A stretch of 64,000 bases of DNA from Actinomycetota bacterium (lineage in GTDB: Bacteria; Actinomycetota; Actinomycetes; Actinomycetales; Microbacteriaceae), in NCBI GenBank assembly GCA_039800845.1, contig JBDLQA010000020.1, positions 66-64,065 of the forward strand. Reading direction: 5' to 3'. Each line of letters begins with the position of its first letter. The first letter of the stretch is position 1. This document shows, one piece after another, positions 28,101 through 38,192 of this stretch. The position numbers and the translations under genes were made by a program. The notes under the pieces were generated by a model, which saw only the letters and a program-made list of their open reading frames with translations, searched no databases and had not been told where the DNA came from.

Positions 28101-31100
28101 ATGTTTACTCCCCGTTCTCAAGCCCTACTAGAGGCAATTCGTAATCGTGTTGTGGTCGCCGATGGCGCCATGGGAACCATGATTCAGGAAGCCAAGCCAA
28201 CGCTGGCCGATTACCAGAATCTTGAGGGCTGCAACGAGGTCCTGAATGTGACCCGCCCGGACATCATCAAGTCCATCCACGCCAGGTACCTTGAGGCCGG
28301 CGCGGAGGCAATTGAAACCAATACTTTCGGTGCAAACTGGGCTAACCTGGCGGAATACGACATCGAAGAGCGCATCGAGGAACTAGCCGAAGCTGGCGCC
28401 CGCGTTGCCCGTGAAATCGCGGACGAATACACCACCGCGGAAAAGCCACGTTGGGTTCTGGGATCAGTTGGTCCGGGAACCAAACTACCTAGCCTTGGTC
28501 ACGCCCCGTATGCACACTTGCGCGACGCCTACCACACTCAGGTTCGCGGCATGATCAACGGTGGCATCGATGCCGTTCTGGTAGAAACCGCACAGGACCT
28601 TCTTCAGGCTAAATCAGCCATCGTAGGTGCAAAGCGTGCGATGACCGAAACCGGCATCAAGGTGCCGATTTTGATGTCGGTCACTATTGAAACCACCGGA
28701 ACCATGCTGATGGGTTCGGAAATCGGTGCGGCCCTAACAACTCTGCAGGCGCTGGGCGTTGACTCCATCGGTCTGAACTGTGCAACCGGACCGAAGGAAA
28801 TGAGCGAGCACCTTCGCTACCTGAGCCGATTCAGTAATCTGCCAATCGTTGTCATGCCAAACGCTGGACTGCCGGAACTGACCTCCGATGGCGCCTACTA
28901 TCCACTGACTCCGAGCGAGCTCGCGACCGCACAGTTGCAGTTCGTAAACGAATACGGCGCTGGCCTGGTTGGCGGCTGCTGTGGCACCACTCCGGAGCAC
29001 ATCGCGGCCGTTGCGGCGGCGGTAGCGGGCAAGAAGCCAAGCCGCCCGACCACTATTGTGGAGCCGGGATTGGCATCGCTGTATCAGCACCAGCCATACG
29101 ACCAGACCAACACCTACCTTTCGATCGGTGAGCGCACCAACGCCAACGGATCGAAGGCCTTCCGCGAAGCCATGCTTGCCCAGAACTGGGAAGAGTGCCT
29201 TGAAATTGCGCGCTCCCAGACCCGCGAGGGTGCACACGCGCTGGATGTCTGTGTGGACTATGTTGGCCGCGATGGCGCTGCCGACATGCGTGAGCTGGTT
29301 AGCCGCCTCGCAACCGCGACCACCTTGCCTCTAGTTCTAGACTCGACCGAGCCAGGTGTGCTCGAGGCCGGTCTGGAATGCATCGGTGGCCGCGCGATGG
29401 TCAACTCCGTCAACTATGAGGATGGCGACGGCCCAACCAGTCGTTTCCAGCGAATCATGCCAGTGGTGAAGGAACACGGCGCTGCCGTGGTTGCCCTAAC
29501 AATCGATGAAGAGGGTCAGGCGCGAACCGCGGACACCAAGTTTGCGATCGCCAAGCGACTGATTGAAGACCTAACCCAGAACTGGGGAATGGCGCTCACC
29601 GACATCACAGTTGACTGCCTTACCTTCCCGATTGCCACCGGACAGGACGAAACTCGTCGCGATGGCATCGAGACCATCGAAGCGATTCGACGCCTGAACG
29701 AGGCATTCCCAGGCGTTCAGAGCACCCTCGGCCTCAGCAACATTTCGTTTGGTCTATCGCCTGCCGCAAGGCACGTTCTGAACTCGGTCTTCCTGGCCGA
29801 GTGCGTGAAGGTGGGTCTCACCAGCGCAATCGTTCACGCGGCTCGAATCATGCCGTTGAACCAGATTCCGGAAGAGCAGCTGAAGGCCGCGCTGGACCTA
29901 ATCTATGACCGCCGCGAGTACGACGAAGAGGGCATCGTAAGCTTCGACCCGCTGTCGCGTTACCTCGATGTTTTCAGCGGTGTCGACAGCACCAGCGCCA
30001 AGCAGTCCCGCGCCGAGGAGCTAGCAGCTCTGCCGCTGGATGAGCGCCTAGAGCGCCGCATCATCGATGGCGAGAAGAAGGGTCTGGAAGCAGACCTGGA
30101 CGCCGCATTGGCAGAGGGTAAGGCCGCGCTGGCAATCATCAACGACCACCTGCTGAAGGGTATGCAGGTTGTGGGTGAACTATTCGGTAGCGGTGAGATG
30201 CAGCTGCCGTTCGTTCTGCAGAGCGCCGAAGTTATGAAGACCGCGGTTGCGCACCTGGAGCCGCACATCGAGAAGTCGGAAGATTCCGGCAAGGGTCGCA
30301 TCCTTTTGGCTACCGTTCGCGGCGATGTCCACGACATCGGTAAGAACCTGGTTGACATCATCCTCAGCAACAACGGATTCGAGACAGTAAACATCGGCAT
30401 CAAGCAGCCGATTAATGACATTTTGAAGGCCGCTGAAGAGCACAACGTAGACGTAATCGGCATGAGTGGCCTGCTTGTAAAGAGCACGCAGATCATGCGC
30501 GAAAATCTCGAGGAAATGAACCTGCGCGGCGTTGCAACCCGCTGGCCGGTAATCCTCGGTGGCGCCGCCCTTACCCGCTCATTCGTGGAGCAGGACCTGG
30601 CCGAGATCTACGAGGGCGAAGTGCGTTATGCGCGCGATGCCTTTGAGGGTCTGCGCCTGATGGACGCGCTTGTGAAGATCAAGCGTGGCGAGCCGGGAGC
30701 CGAGCTTCCTGCACTGAAAAAGCGAATCACTCCGCGCACCAATTTGCTGGAGAAGACCGCTCCAGAGAACATGCCTGCACGTTCCGACGTAGCCACCGAC
30801 AACGAGATTCCAACCTCGCCGTTCTTGGGCACCAGGGTTGTCAAGGGAATCCCGCTGCGCGATTACGCGGCCTTCCTAGATGAGCGCGCGACCTTCATGG
30901 GCCAGTGGGGTCTGAAGCCTGGTCGTGGCGATGACGGCAAGTCTTATGAGGAGCTCGTGGAGACCGAGGGTCGCCCACGCCTGCGCGCTTGGCTGGAGAA
31001 AATCCAGAGTGAAGGCTGGCTGGAAGCGGCAGTGGTTTACGGCTACTTCCCGGCATACAGCGATGGAGACGACCTGGTTATCCTTCACCATGGCCCGGAA

Positions 31101-31637
31101 AACGCCACCGATGGCGGTTCCGGCGGGGTTCCTGGAACCGAGCGCCTGCGCTTCACATTCCCACGTCAGGCCCGCGACCGTCACCTCTGCCTAGCCGATT
31201 ACGTGGCAAGCAAGGAATCCGGCAAGATCGACGTCGTTCCATTCCAGCTGGTAACGATGGGCGCTCGCATCAGCGACGAAGCCAACAAGCTCTATGCCGC
31301 AAACGAGTACCGTGACTACCTGGAAATCCACGGACTTTCGGTGCAGCTGACCGAGGCGCTTGCTGAGTACTGGCATGCGCGCGTGCGGTCCGAACTCGGA
31401 TTCGATGGGGACGACGCAAAGGAAATCAAGGACTTCTTCGACCTTGCCTATCGCGGTGCCCGCTACTCCTTCGGCTACCCGGCTTGCCCGGAGCTGGAGG
31501 ATAGAATCAAACTCGTCGAGCTGCTGAAGCCGGAAGCAATCGGTGTGGAACTCTCAGAAGAGTTGCAGCTACACCCCGAGCAGTCCACCGACGCAATGAT
31601 TTTGCACCACCCAGAGGCTAAGTACTTCTCGGTCTAA
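28101..31637 (+). CDS. metH: Cobalamin-dependent methionine synthase
   Basis: DGAMGT, GLNCATGP, GGCCGT (Zn), pterin domain IGERTNANGS, B12 motif GDVHDIGKN, activation domain RYSFGYPACP. Confidence 0.97.
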   Translation: MFTPRSQALLEAIRNRVVVADGAMGTMIQEAKPTLADYQNLEGCNEVLNVTRPDIIKSIHARYLEAGAEAIETNTFGANWANLAEYDIEERIEELAEAGARVAREIADEYTTAEKPRWVLGSVGPGTKLPSLGHAPYAHLRDAYHTQVRGMINGGIDAVLVETAQDLLQAKSAIVGAKRAMTETGIKVPILMSVTIETTGTMLMGSEIGAALTTLQALGVDSIGLNCATGPKEMSEHLRYLSRFSNLPIVVMPNAGLPELTSDGAYYPLTPSELATAQLQFVNEYGAGLVGGCCGTTPEHIAAVAAAVAGKKPSRPTTIVEPGLASLYQHQPYDQTNTYLSIGERTNANGSKAFREAMLAQNWEECLEIARSQTREGAHALDVCVDYVGRDGAADMRELVSRLATATTLPLVLDSTEPGVLEAGLECIGGRAMVNSVNYEDGDGPTSRFQRIMPVVKEHGAAVVALTIDEEGQARTADTKFAIAKRLIEDLTQNWGMALTDITVDCLTFPIATGQDETRRDGIETIEAIRRLNEAFPGVQSTLGLSNISFGLSPAARHVLNSVFLAECVKVGLTSAIVHAARIMPLNQIPEEQLKAALDLIYDRREYDEEGIVSFDPLSRYLDVFSGVDSTSAKQSRAEELAALPLDERLERRIIDGEKKGLEADLDAALAEGKAALAIINDHLLKGMQVVGELFGSGEMQLPFVLQSAEVMKTAVAHLEPHIEKSEDSGKGRILLATVRGDVHDIGKNLVDIILSNNGFETVNIGIKQPINDILKAAEEHNVDVIGMSGLLVKSTQIMRENLEEMNLRGVATRWPVILGGAALTRSFVEQDLAEIYEGEVRYARDAFEGLRLMDALVKIKRGEPGAELPALKKRITPRTNLLEKTAPENMPARSDVATDNEIPTSPFLGTRVVKGIPLRDYAAFLDERATFMGQWGLKPGRGDDGKSYEELVETEGRPRLRAWLEKIQSEGWLEAAVVYGYFPAYSDGDDLVILHHGPENATDGGSGGVPGTERLRFTFPRQARDRHLCLADYVASKESGKIDVVPFQLVTMGARISDEANKLYAANEYRDYLEIHGLSVQLTEALAEYWHARVRSELGFDGDDAKEIKDFFDLAYRGARYSFGYPACPELEDRIKLVELLKPEAIGVELSEELQLHPEQSTDAMILHHPEAKYFSV

Positions 31638-31648
31638 GGAATTCAACG

Positions 31649-32539
31649 ATGACTCAAACCCCACCGGAGCTGGCCGCGCTGGCCCTGGCACGGGCTGAGA
31701 TTCAGACAGTTGAGCTGAAGTCGGTCAAGACCACTTACTGGCGCTATTCGCCAACCCAGGAATCCAAGGGAACCCTCATTTTGGTTCACGGCTACCGCGG
31801 CAATCACCACGGTCTCGAAGCCATCATTGGAGCGCTTCCAGACTTTGAAATATTTGCCCCGGACCTTCCTGGTTTCGGAATCGCTGCGCCTTTCAAGGGC
31901 CGTCACTCCGTGGTTGCCTACGCCACATGGTTGGGCGAGTTTGTTGCCGCACTGGACCGCCCAAACGCCACCGTCGTGGGTCACTCGTTTGGTTCGATCA
32001 TCACCGCTTCGGCAGCGCACAAGGGCCTGAGTAACCGCCTGGTTCTGATCAACCCGGTCTCCAAATTTGAACGTCGCGGTCGTGAAAAGGTGCTTGAGGC
32101 ACTTTCAAATGGTTTCTACGATTTTGGAAACGCACTTCCGGAGCCACTTGGTAATGGACTGCTGAAGAACCCGATGATGGTTCGCATCATGAGCGAGGTA
32201 CTTGCCAAGACCAAGAATCGTCAACTGCGAGCCTGGATTCACAAGCAGCATGCCGAGAACTTCAGTGAGTTCGCCGAACGCCGAGTTGCCATTGAGGGCT
32301 ATTCCGCTAGCAACTCTCGAAGCGTCTCCAGCTATGCGCGCGGAATCACCAATGACACTCTGCTGATAGCTGGCGATTTGGACGACATCACGGCACTCTC
32401 GGACCAACAGCGAGTTTTGCGCATGTTCCCACACGCAACCCTGAAGGTGATTAGGGGAGTGGGCCATCTGGTTCACTACGAAACTCCGGCGCAGGCAGCC
32501 GAGTTCACGCGCGATTTCGTTTTGGGCGGCAACGAGTAA
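31649..32539 (+). CDS. Alpha/beta fold hydrolase
   Basis: LVHG, PDLPGFG, GHSFG nucleophile elbow, GHLVHYE. Confidence 0.88.
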   Translation: MTQTPPELAALALARAEIQTVELKSVKTTYWRYSPTQESKGTLILVHGYRGNHHGLEAIIGALPDFEIFAPDLPGFGIAAPFKGRHSVVAYATWLGEFVAALDRPNATVVGHSFGSIITASAAHKGLSNRLVLINPVSKFERRGREKVLEALSNGFYDFGNALPEPLGNGLLKNPMMVRIMSEVLAKTKNRQLRAWIHKQHAENFSEFAERRVAIEGYSASNSRSVSSYARGITNDTLLIAGDLDDITALSDQQRVLRMFPHATLKVIRGVGHLVHYETPAQAAEFTRDFVLGGNE

Positions 32540-32544
32540 CCGCC

Positions 32545-33630
32545 GTGACCCCGACCATTCACTTTGATTGCCGGTACATCCGTGTGGATCACCACGATGG
32601 CATCAGCCGATTTTCAGCAGGCCTATTTAGCGCTCTAAGCCGACTCACTGGCGTCGTGGCAATCATCAGCGACAAAAAACAACTGGATCATCTGCCGGCC
32701 GGCACCGAGTGGGTCATGCTCAATGACCCGACCCATTGGTCGGAGCCGTTCGCATCGCTGAAGCTGAACAAGCTTGGCGCCGAAGTGGTTTATAGCCCAA
32801 TGCAGACCATCGGCTCTTTTGGGCGCAAGTTCAAGCTGATTCTCACCTTGCACGACCTCATCTATTACAGTCATCCAGCTCCACCGCCAAGCATGCCGCT
32901 TGCGGTACGTATCGGCTGGCGCCTATTCCATCTGACGTATGTACCGCAGAGATTGCTCCTAAACGCCGCCGATGCAGTCGTCACCGTTAGCCAAACCAGC
33001 GCTAGGTTGATGCGTCTGCACAGGCTGACTCACAAGCCGATCCACGTGGTGTACAACGCCGCGGATTCCGACGACGGCAGCGGTGAACAACACGCTCCTA
33101 AGAGCCGCCCCAGCGGCCCACAGCGGCTTGTATACATGGGTTCATTCATGGACTACAAGAATGTTCAAACCCTCATCAAGGGCATGGGCAGCCTTGCAGA
33201 CTACGAACTTCACTTGTTGAGTCGAATCACCCCAGCGCGACGGGCGCAACTTGAATCCATCGCCTCCCAAAAGGGCGGTGCATTGGTCTTCCACAACGGA
33301 GTCAGCGAGGCTGAATACCACGAGATTCTAGACGGCGCCGTGGCGCTGGTGCACGCTTCCATGGATGAGGGATTTGGAATCCCGCTTGTTGAGGCGATGT
33401 GTAGGGGAGTACCGATTGTGGTTTCCGACATCGAGATTTTTCACGAGATCGGTGGGGATGCGGCCCGCTACTTCAATCCGCTCAGCGGGGAAGCATTTGC
33501 CGAAAAAGTCCTCTATCTTGAACACCAAGATGCTTGGCTGGCCGCCTCTGAAGCAGGGCTTGCGCAGGCCGCCAAGTTCTCCTGGGAAACCTCAGCTGAA
33601 GCCTTGCTCGAGGCAATAAATACGCTCTAG
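32545..33630 (+). CDS. GT4 family glycosyltransferase
   Basis: HDGISRF, TLHDLI, EGFGIPLVEAM. Confidence 0.88.
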   Translation: MTPTIHFDCRYIRVDHHDGISRFSAGLFSALSRLTGVVAIISDKKQLDHLPAGTEWVMLNDPTHWSEPFASLKLNKLGAEVVYSPMQTIGSFGRKFKLILTLHDLIYYSHPAPPPSMPLAVRIGWRLFHLTYVPQRLLLNAADAVVTVSQTSARLMRLHRLTHKPIHVVYNAADSDDGSGEQHAPKSRPSGPQRLVYMGSFMDYKNVQTLIKGMGSLADYELHLLSRITPARRAQLESIASQKGGALVFHNGVSEAEYHEILDGAVALVHASMDEGFGIPLVEAMCRGVPIVVSDIEIFHEIGGDAARYFNPLSGEAFAEKVLYLEHQDAWLAASEAGLAQAAKFSWETSAEALLEAINTL

Positions 33631-34241
33631 ATGGCGTCCCAAGCCTTGCGCAACGGCTCACCCTGATAGGTGTGCGGGTTGTAGCTCAGGATGTGCCAGC
33701 CCTTGGCATCGGTGTGTGCAATAACGCTCAGCGAGGTATTTCCAAAGCGATCACCAGCATTCGGCAAGGTGTTTTCGCTCACGAGTTCGATAACTTTTCG
33801 AATGAGTGCACCGTGAGAAACGGTGAGCACTCTCTTGCCGCGGTAACTCTGCAAAAGGACGTCCAGCAGCAACCAAACTCGGTCAGCCAGTTCCACCAGC
33901 GATTCACCACCTGGAATCACGGCCAGGTTCGTGAACTGCTGGCTCCATTCCTCATAGGTTAGGCCTTCGCCAACGCCAAAGGCGCGTTCCAGCAGCAGCG
34001 GTTCGATGTCAGGATCTGGCAGACCGGCAAGCTCCGCGACTATCTGAGCGGTGTCTTTGGCGCGGGACAAAGGACTGCACGCAACGTGGGTCCAATCGGC
34101 CGCAAAAATGTGCTGCGAAACAGCACGAGCCTGCGCCAATCCGGTCTCGTTCAAAGGAATGTCGGTGGTGCCTTGCAGGCGAAAATCAATGTTCCAGTCG
34201 GTCTGGCCGTGGCGCAGTAAGCCGACTATTGTTTCAGTCAA
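33627..34241 (-). CDS. Histidine phosphatase (phosphoglycerate mutase family)
   Basis: LRHGQTDWN, SPLSRA, VSHG. Confidence 0.9.
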   Translation of the reverse strand: MTETIVGLLRHGQTDWNIDFRLQGTTDIPLNETGLAQARAVSQHIFAADWTHVACSPLSRAKDTAQIVAELAGLPDPDIEPLLLERAFGVGEGLTYEEWSQQFTNLAVIPGGESLVELADRVWLLLDVLLQSYRGKRVLTVSHGALIRKVIELVSENTLPNAGDRFGNTSLSVIAHTDAKGWHILSYNPHTYQGEPLRKAWDAI

Positions 34242-35076
34242 TCAGGAGCCTTTCGAGGGCAATCGACGTGTTCGCATCGATTTTGGCGAGGGCTAACTCA
34301 TCGCCCTTGGTGGCTCCAAGGTTGATGATGATCACTGGCTTATCAGCCTTTAGGGCACGCTTCACAAACCTCATGCCGGAATTCACCGACAGCGAAGTAC
34401 CCGCAACCAGCAGTGCTCCCGCATTGTCCACCAGCGACATACAGTTTTCAACCAGCGATGCCTCAACCTGTTCGCCGAAGAACACCACGTCTGGCTTGAG
34501 CACGCCGGAACATTCCGGGCAGCCCGGAATCTTGAAGTCCTTGGTGGCCTCGATTTCGGCATCGCCATCGGGGGAGTATTCCACCTCAATGTCCTTGCTA
34601 ACCGTCGGGTTTAGCTCGGACAGCATTACATCGATGGCGGCACGTGTGTAGACCTTTGCGCAACGCATGCAGCGAACACGATCCAGGCGGCCGTGGAGTT
34701 CAAATACGTTCTTTGAGCCGGCGAGCTGATGCAGTCCGTCCACATTCTGGGTGATGATTCCGGAAACCGTGCCATGTTTCTCCGCCAGAGCCAAGGCGAA
34801 GTGGCCGGGGTTTGGCTTGGCCTGAGTGATACGCGACCATCCAACGTAGGAACGCGCCCAGTAGCGCTGCTGAGCCTCGAACGAGCCCATGAAGTTATCG
34901 AAGGTCATCGGGTGCTGGTGGGTTCGGCCGGCACCGCGGTAATCGGGGATTCCGGAGTCTGTACTAATGCCGGCACCGGTGAGAACCGCCAGTTTCAGAC
35001 CGGCCAGTTTCTCACGGGCGTAGTCGATACCAAACTGGGCTGCGGCGGAAAGTTCCTGGCCTGTTTCGTTTGACAT
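34234..35076 (-). CDS. cobB: Sir2-family NAD-dependent protein deacylase
   Basis: GAGISTDSGIPDYRG, TQNVDGLH, HG..CxxC...CxxC, KPDVVFFGE; start inferred. Confidence 0.9.
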   Translation of the reverse strand: MSNETGQELSAAAQFGIDYAREKLAGLKLAVLTGAGISTDSGIPDYRGAGRTHQHPMTFDNFMGSFEAQQRYWARSYVGWSRITQAKPNPGHFALALAEKHGTVSGIITQNVDGLHQLAGSKNVFELHGRLDRVRCMRCAKVYTRAAIDVMLSELNPTVSKDIEVEYSPDGDAEIEATKDFKIPGCPECSGVLKPDVVFFGEQVEASLVENCMSLVDNAGALLVAGTSLSVNSGMRFVKRALKADKPVIIINLGATKGDELALAKIDANTSIALERLLID

Positions 35077-35087
35077 CACAGTCAATA

Positions 35088-37463
35088 TTAAGCCAGAACC
35101 ACCTTGAAGTCTTCACCCGAGTTAGCCAGGACAATATCCTCCGCGGCCCCGCGCTGATCGATTAGCTTGATCACGAGTCGCTGGCGCTTGTGAGCGGCAT
35201 AGCCGTTGCCCTTTGTGGTGCCGCTTAGGGTTAGGGTCGATCCGGTCTTGGTGAGCGTAAACGTGGTGCGCAGGGCATCGCCGGCCAACGCACCAAAGGT
35301 CAGCCCGTCATCCTCCTGCAGCCTGGATTCCCAAACGCCATCATCGATAGGCGCGTAGACGCGCAGTTCCAGCGTCTCGGGGTAGTAGTCGGCGGTCGAC
35401 TGAACTCCCGCGGGCCACATCGGAATGACCGATCCAGCCTTGACGAACATCGGGATTCGCTCCAGAGGCGCATTCGCCTTAATGCGCGCGCCGTCGGAAA
35501 CAACCAGGGAATTCTTGTACCAGCAGTACCAGCCACCCTTAGGAAGGTAAACGGCTCGGCTCTCGGCCCCAGCCTCAAGCACCGGAGCAACCAGCAACTG
35601 ACCGCCAAGTAGGTACTGGTCGTCCAGATCGCGAACCTCGACATCGTTCTGGTAGTCGAAAATCAGTGGACGCTGGATTGGCGCACCGGTCTCGCTAGCA
35701 TCGACAAAGGCCTGGTACAGGTAAGGCATGAGACGGTAGCGCAGCTGAACTGCCTTGCGGGCAATCTCTAACACTTCTTCACCAAAGGCGAAAGCGTACT
35801 GGTCCACCTGGTTTGCCGAGTTGTGATTACGCGCAAAAGGAGTGAGGGCACCCGCCTGAATCCAGCGCGCAAAAAGCTCCGCATTACTGTTTTCGGCAAA
35901 TCCACCGATGTCCGCACCCACGAATGACTGACCGCTGAGGCTCAGGCCAGTCGCCATTGGAATCTGAAGCCAAAGGTGGTCCCAGCGGGACATGTTGTCG
36001 CCCAGCCAATTGGCTGCATAGCGCTGGATGCCCGCCGAACCGGCGCGGGACAAAATGAAGGTGCGCAGGTCTGGCATCGCCGTGCGAAGGCCCTGCTCGG
36101 TTCCCATCGCCATCAAGAGCGCATAAGAGTTGTGATACCGTTCGTGGCTGAACTTACCTTTACCGAAACGCATCGGAGTGGGGGAGATGCCGCCAGTGGC
36201 AGGCTCGTTCATGTCGTTCCAGATGCCAGCAAGGCCACTTGCCACATGCTGCGCGTTTAGGTCACCCCACCACTCGCGCGCATCGGGGTTCACGAAGTCT
36301 GGGAAGGCGGTGTTACCGGGCCAAACCTGACCGATGTAAATGTCGCCGCCCTCGGTAAGACAGAAAACCTCACGCTCCAAACCGGAATCAAACACCTCGT
36401 AACCCGGGTCAAACTTCACACCGGGATCGATGATTGTGATCACGCGGATTCCCTGCTTACGCAGCTGTTCCAACATCGATGGAACGTTCGGGAACTGCTC
36501 GGTGTTCCAGGTGAACACGCGGTAGCCGTCCATGTAATCGATGTCCAACCAGAGAGTGTCAAGAGGGATTTCGAGGTCACGGTGGCGGGCAGCAAGGTCA
36601 AGGACATCCTGCTGACTGTAGTTATTCCAGCGGCACTGGTGGTAGCCAAGCGCCCAGATTGGCGGCAGCTGGGTGCGACCGGTGAGCCAGGTGTAGTCAC
36701 GCAGAATGGCGCCGATGCTCGGACCAGCAAACAAGTACTCGGTGTACTGGCCACCGTTGAACTCGATATTGATTTGGTTCTCGTCGCGGAAATCGTAGTA
36801 AGCGCGGAATCCGTTATCGATGAACGAGCCAGAAGCGTAACTGGTAGCGGCGTCCTGGTGATAGAAGAACGGAATCGAGACGTAGTAGGGGTCAAACTCG
36901 GTGCTGGTGCTATCCGCGCGCGGATGGGTGTCTGCGTGAGCCTTAGCGAATTCCCCGGCAGCATTCGGATTCAATACATCCGTGTTCCAGAGGTGGAAGT
37001 CACGGCCGCGACGATTCTGTTTGCCCGTCTTTTCACCCAATCCATAGATAGGGTCTAGGGCATTGGCCTTGCGGGCGATGCGCCAATCGTTGTTGAGAAT
37101 TTGGTATCCACCGATGGATTCAGCCACGACCGAGCCATCCATGCGGGTCAGCTTGAAGTTGAAATCAGCCAGATTCAGGCTTAACTCAAGGGCGATCGTG
37201 TTCAGTTTCAGGTGCGAATCATCAAAATCGAGTTCGAAAGCGCGGTCGAAACCGGCCTTCACCGACTCTGAAATAGGGTCGATGGCAAGTGCGAAACTGG
37301 GGGATTCATCGAAGACTCCGCCGCGGCTTATCTTCAAACGGATGAGGTCTGCTTTGATTACGTCAACACGGAGTTTCTCGTGCGCCAAGCCAGCCTCGAA
37401 GCCGTTTTCGGTGCGGCGAACTGAATGAACATTGCTAAGCGAGACGAAGCCAGATTCCTGCAT
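35088..37463 (-). CDS. GH31 alpha-glucosidase
   Basis: YGLGEK, LDIDYMDG, WNDMNEP nucleophile, WLGDN acid/base, GADIGGF. Confidence 0.92.
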   Translation of the reverse strand: MQESGFVSLSNVHSVRRTENGFEAGLAHEKLRVDVIKADLIRLKISRGGVFDESPSFALAIDPISESVKAGFDRAFELDFDDSHLKLNTIALELSLNLADFNFKLTRMDGSVVAESIGGYQILNNDWRIARKANALDPIYGLGEKTGKQNRRGRDFHLWNTDVLNPNAAGEFAKAHADTHPRADSTSTEFDPYYVSIPFFYHQDAATSYASGSFIDNGFRAYYDFRDENQINIEFNGGQYTEYLFAGPSIGAILRDYTWLTGRTQLPPIWALGYHQCRWNNYSQQDVLDLAARHRDLEIPLDTLWLDIDYMDGYRVFTWNTEQFPNVPSMLEQLRKQGIRVITIIDPGVKFDPGYEVFDSGLEREVFCLTEGGDIYIGQVWPGNTAFPDFVNPDAREWWGDLNAQHVASGLAGIWNDMNEPATGGISPTPMRFGKGKFSHERYHNSYALLMAMGTEQGLRTAMPDLRTFILSRAGSAGIQRYAANWLGDNMSRWDHLWLQIPMATGLSLSGQSFVGADIGGFAENSNAELFARWIQAGALTPFARNHNSANQVDQYAFAFGEEVLEIARKAVQLRYRLMPYLYQAFVDASETGAPIQRPLIFDYQNDVEVRDLDDQYLLGGQLLVAPVLEAGAESRAVYLPKGGWYCWYKNSLVVSDGARIKANAPLERIPMFVKAGSVIPMWPAGVQSTADYYPETLELRVYAPIDDGVWESRLQEDDGLTFGALAGDALRTTFTLTKTGSTLTLSGTTKGNGYAAHKRQRLVIKLIDQRGAAEDIVLANSGEDFKVVLA

Positions 37464-37493
37464 GAAAACAATGCTATTTGTCGGCGCCGAGCA

Positions 37494-37525
37494 GCAAACG
37501 CTTGCAATGAAAAGCAAGCGCTTTC
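37494..37525. promoter_or_regulatory. Two tandem LacI-family operator-like palindromes upstream of GH31
   Basis: GCAAACGCTTGC (37494-37505) and GCAAGCGCTTTC (37514-37525), CG-centred and 20 bp apart. Confidence 0.6.
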
Positions 37526-37537
37526 AGTCGAAAATTG

Positions 37538-37593
37538 CTGGGCCGTTAGGGCTGGCCGTTTAGGGCTGAGCCCTTAGCGCTGGGCCGTTAGAT
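37538..37593. repeat. Four degenerate tandem copies of a 14-bp unit at the cysE 3' end
   Basis: CTGGGCCGTTAGGG / CTGGCCGTTTAGGG / CTGAGCCCTTAGCG / CTGGGCCGTTAGAT. Confidence 0.7.
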
Positions 37594-38115
37594 CGTGTAC
37601 GAACCAACCGTGTGACGCACGTTGTTGGTGCCCACGACGGTGGAGTATTCGGGAACACCTTTGGTCACAACCGCGTTTGCGCCTACATAGGAGTTGTCGC
37701 CGATGGTGATGTTGCCGATTACCTTTGCCCCTGCGCCCAGAACCACCTTATTGCCGATGGTTGGGTGGCGCTTTGCCTTGGTGTTTTCTCGAGATCCGAG
37801 GGTCACCTGGTGGAACATCATTACGTCGTCCCCGATGACGGCGGTTTCACCGATTACCACACCGTTACCGTGGTCAATCACGAAGCGGCGGCCGATCTGC
37901 GCTCCCGGGTGAATCTCAATGCCGGTCCAGAACTTTGCCCAGTTGCTTACCATACGAGCCAGCAAGTAGAAGTGGGCCTTCCAAAGGATGTGGGCAACTC
38001 GATAGGTCCAGATGGCATGAATACCGGGAGTGGTCAGCAGCAACTCAAAACCGCTACGGGCGGCTGGATCTAACGCCAACCCGTTTCGGATATCTTCTGC
38101 GATTCGTTTAATCAT
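37588..38115 (-). CDS. cysE: Serine O-acetyltransferase
   Basis: [33 protein letters not shown]; hexapeptide repeats. Confidence 0.95.
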   Translation of the reverse strand: MIKRIAEDIRNGLALDPAARSGFELLLTTPGIHAIWTYRVAHILWKAHFYLLARMVSNWAKFWTGIEIHPGAQIGRRFVIDHGNGVVIGETAVIGDDVMMFHQVTLGSRENTKAKRHPTIGNKVVLGAGAKVIGNITIGDNSYVGANAVVTKGVPEYSTVVGTNNVRHTVGSYTI

Positions 38116-38155
38116 GCCTGCCTAGTTTGCCAGATTGTGGTTGCCCTTAAGGCGA

Positions 38156-38185
38156 GAAAAAGGGGCGCCCGAAGACGCCCCTTCT
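38156..38185 (-). terminator. Intrinsic terminator after cysK
   Basis: AAGGGGCG...CGCCCCTT stem followed by a T run on the minus strand. Confidence 0.65.
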
Positions 38186-38192
38186 CGAGTTG

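Noticed and set aside
34234-35076. Sir2 protein as a defence NADase (Thoeris/DSR-like)
   Set aside because: Canonical stand-alone sirtuin deacylase with a Zn ribbon in a housekeeping context.
37538-37593. Short repeats considered as a CRISPR array
   Set aside because: Units are 14 bp, adjacent, with no unique spacers and no cas genes.
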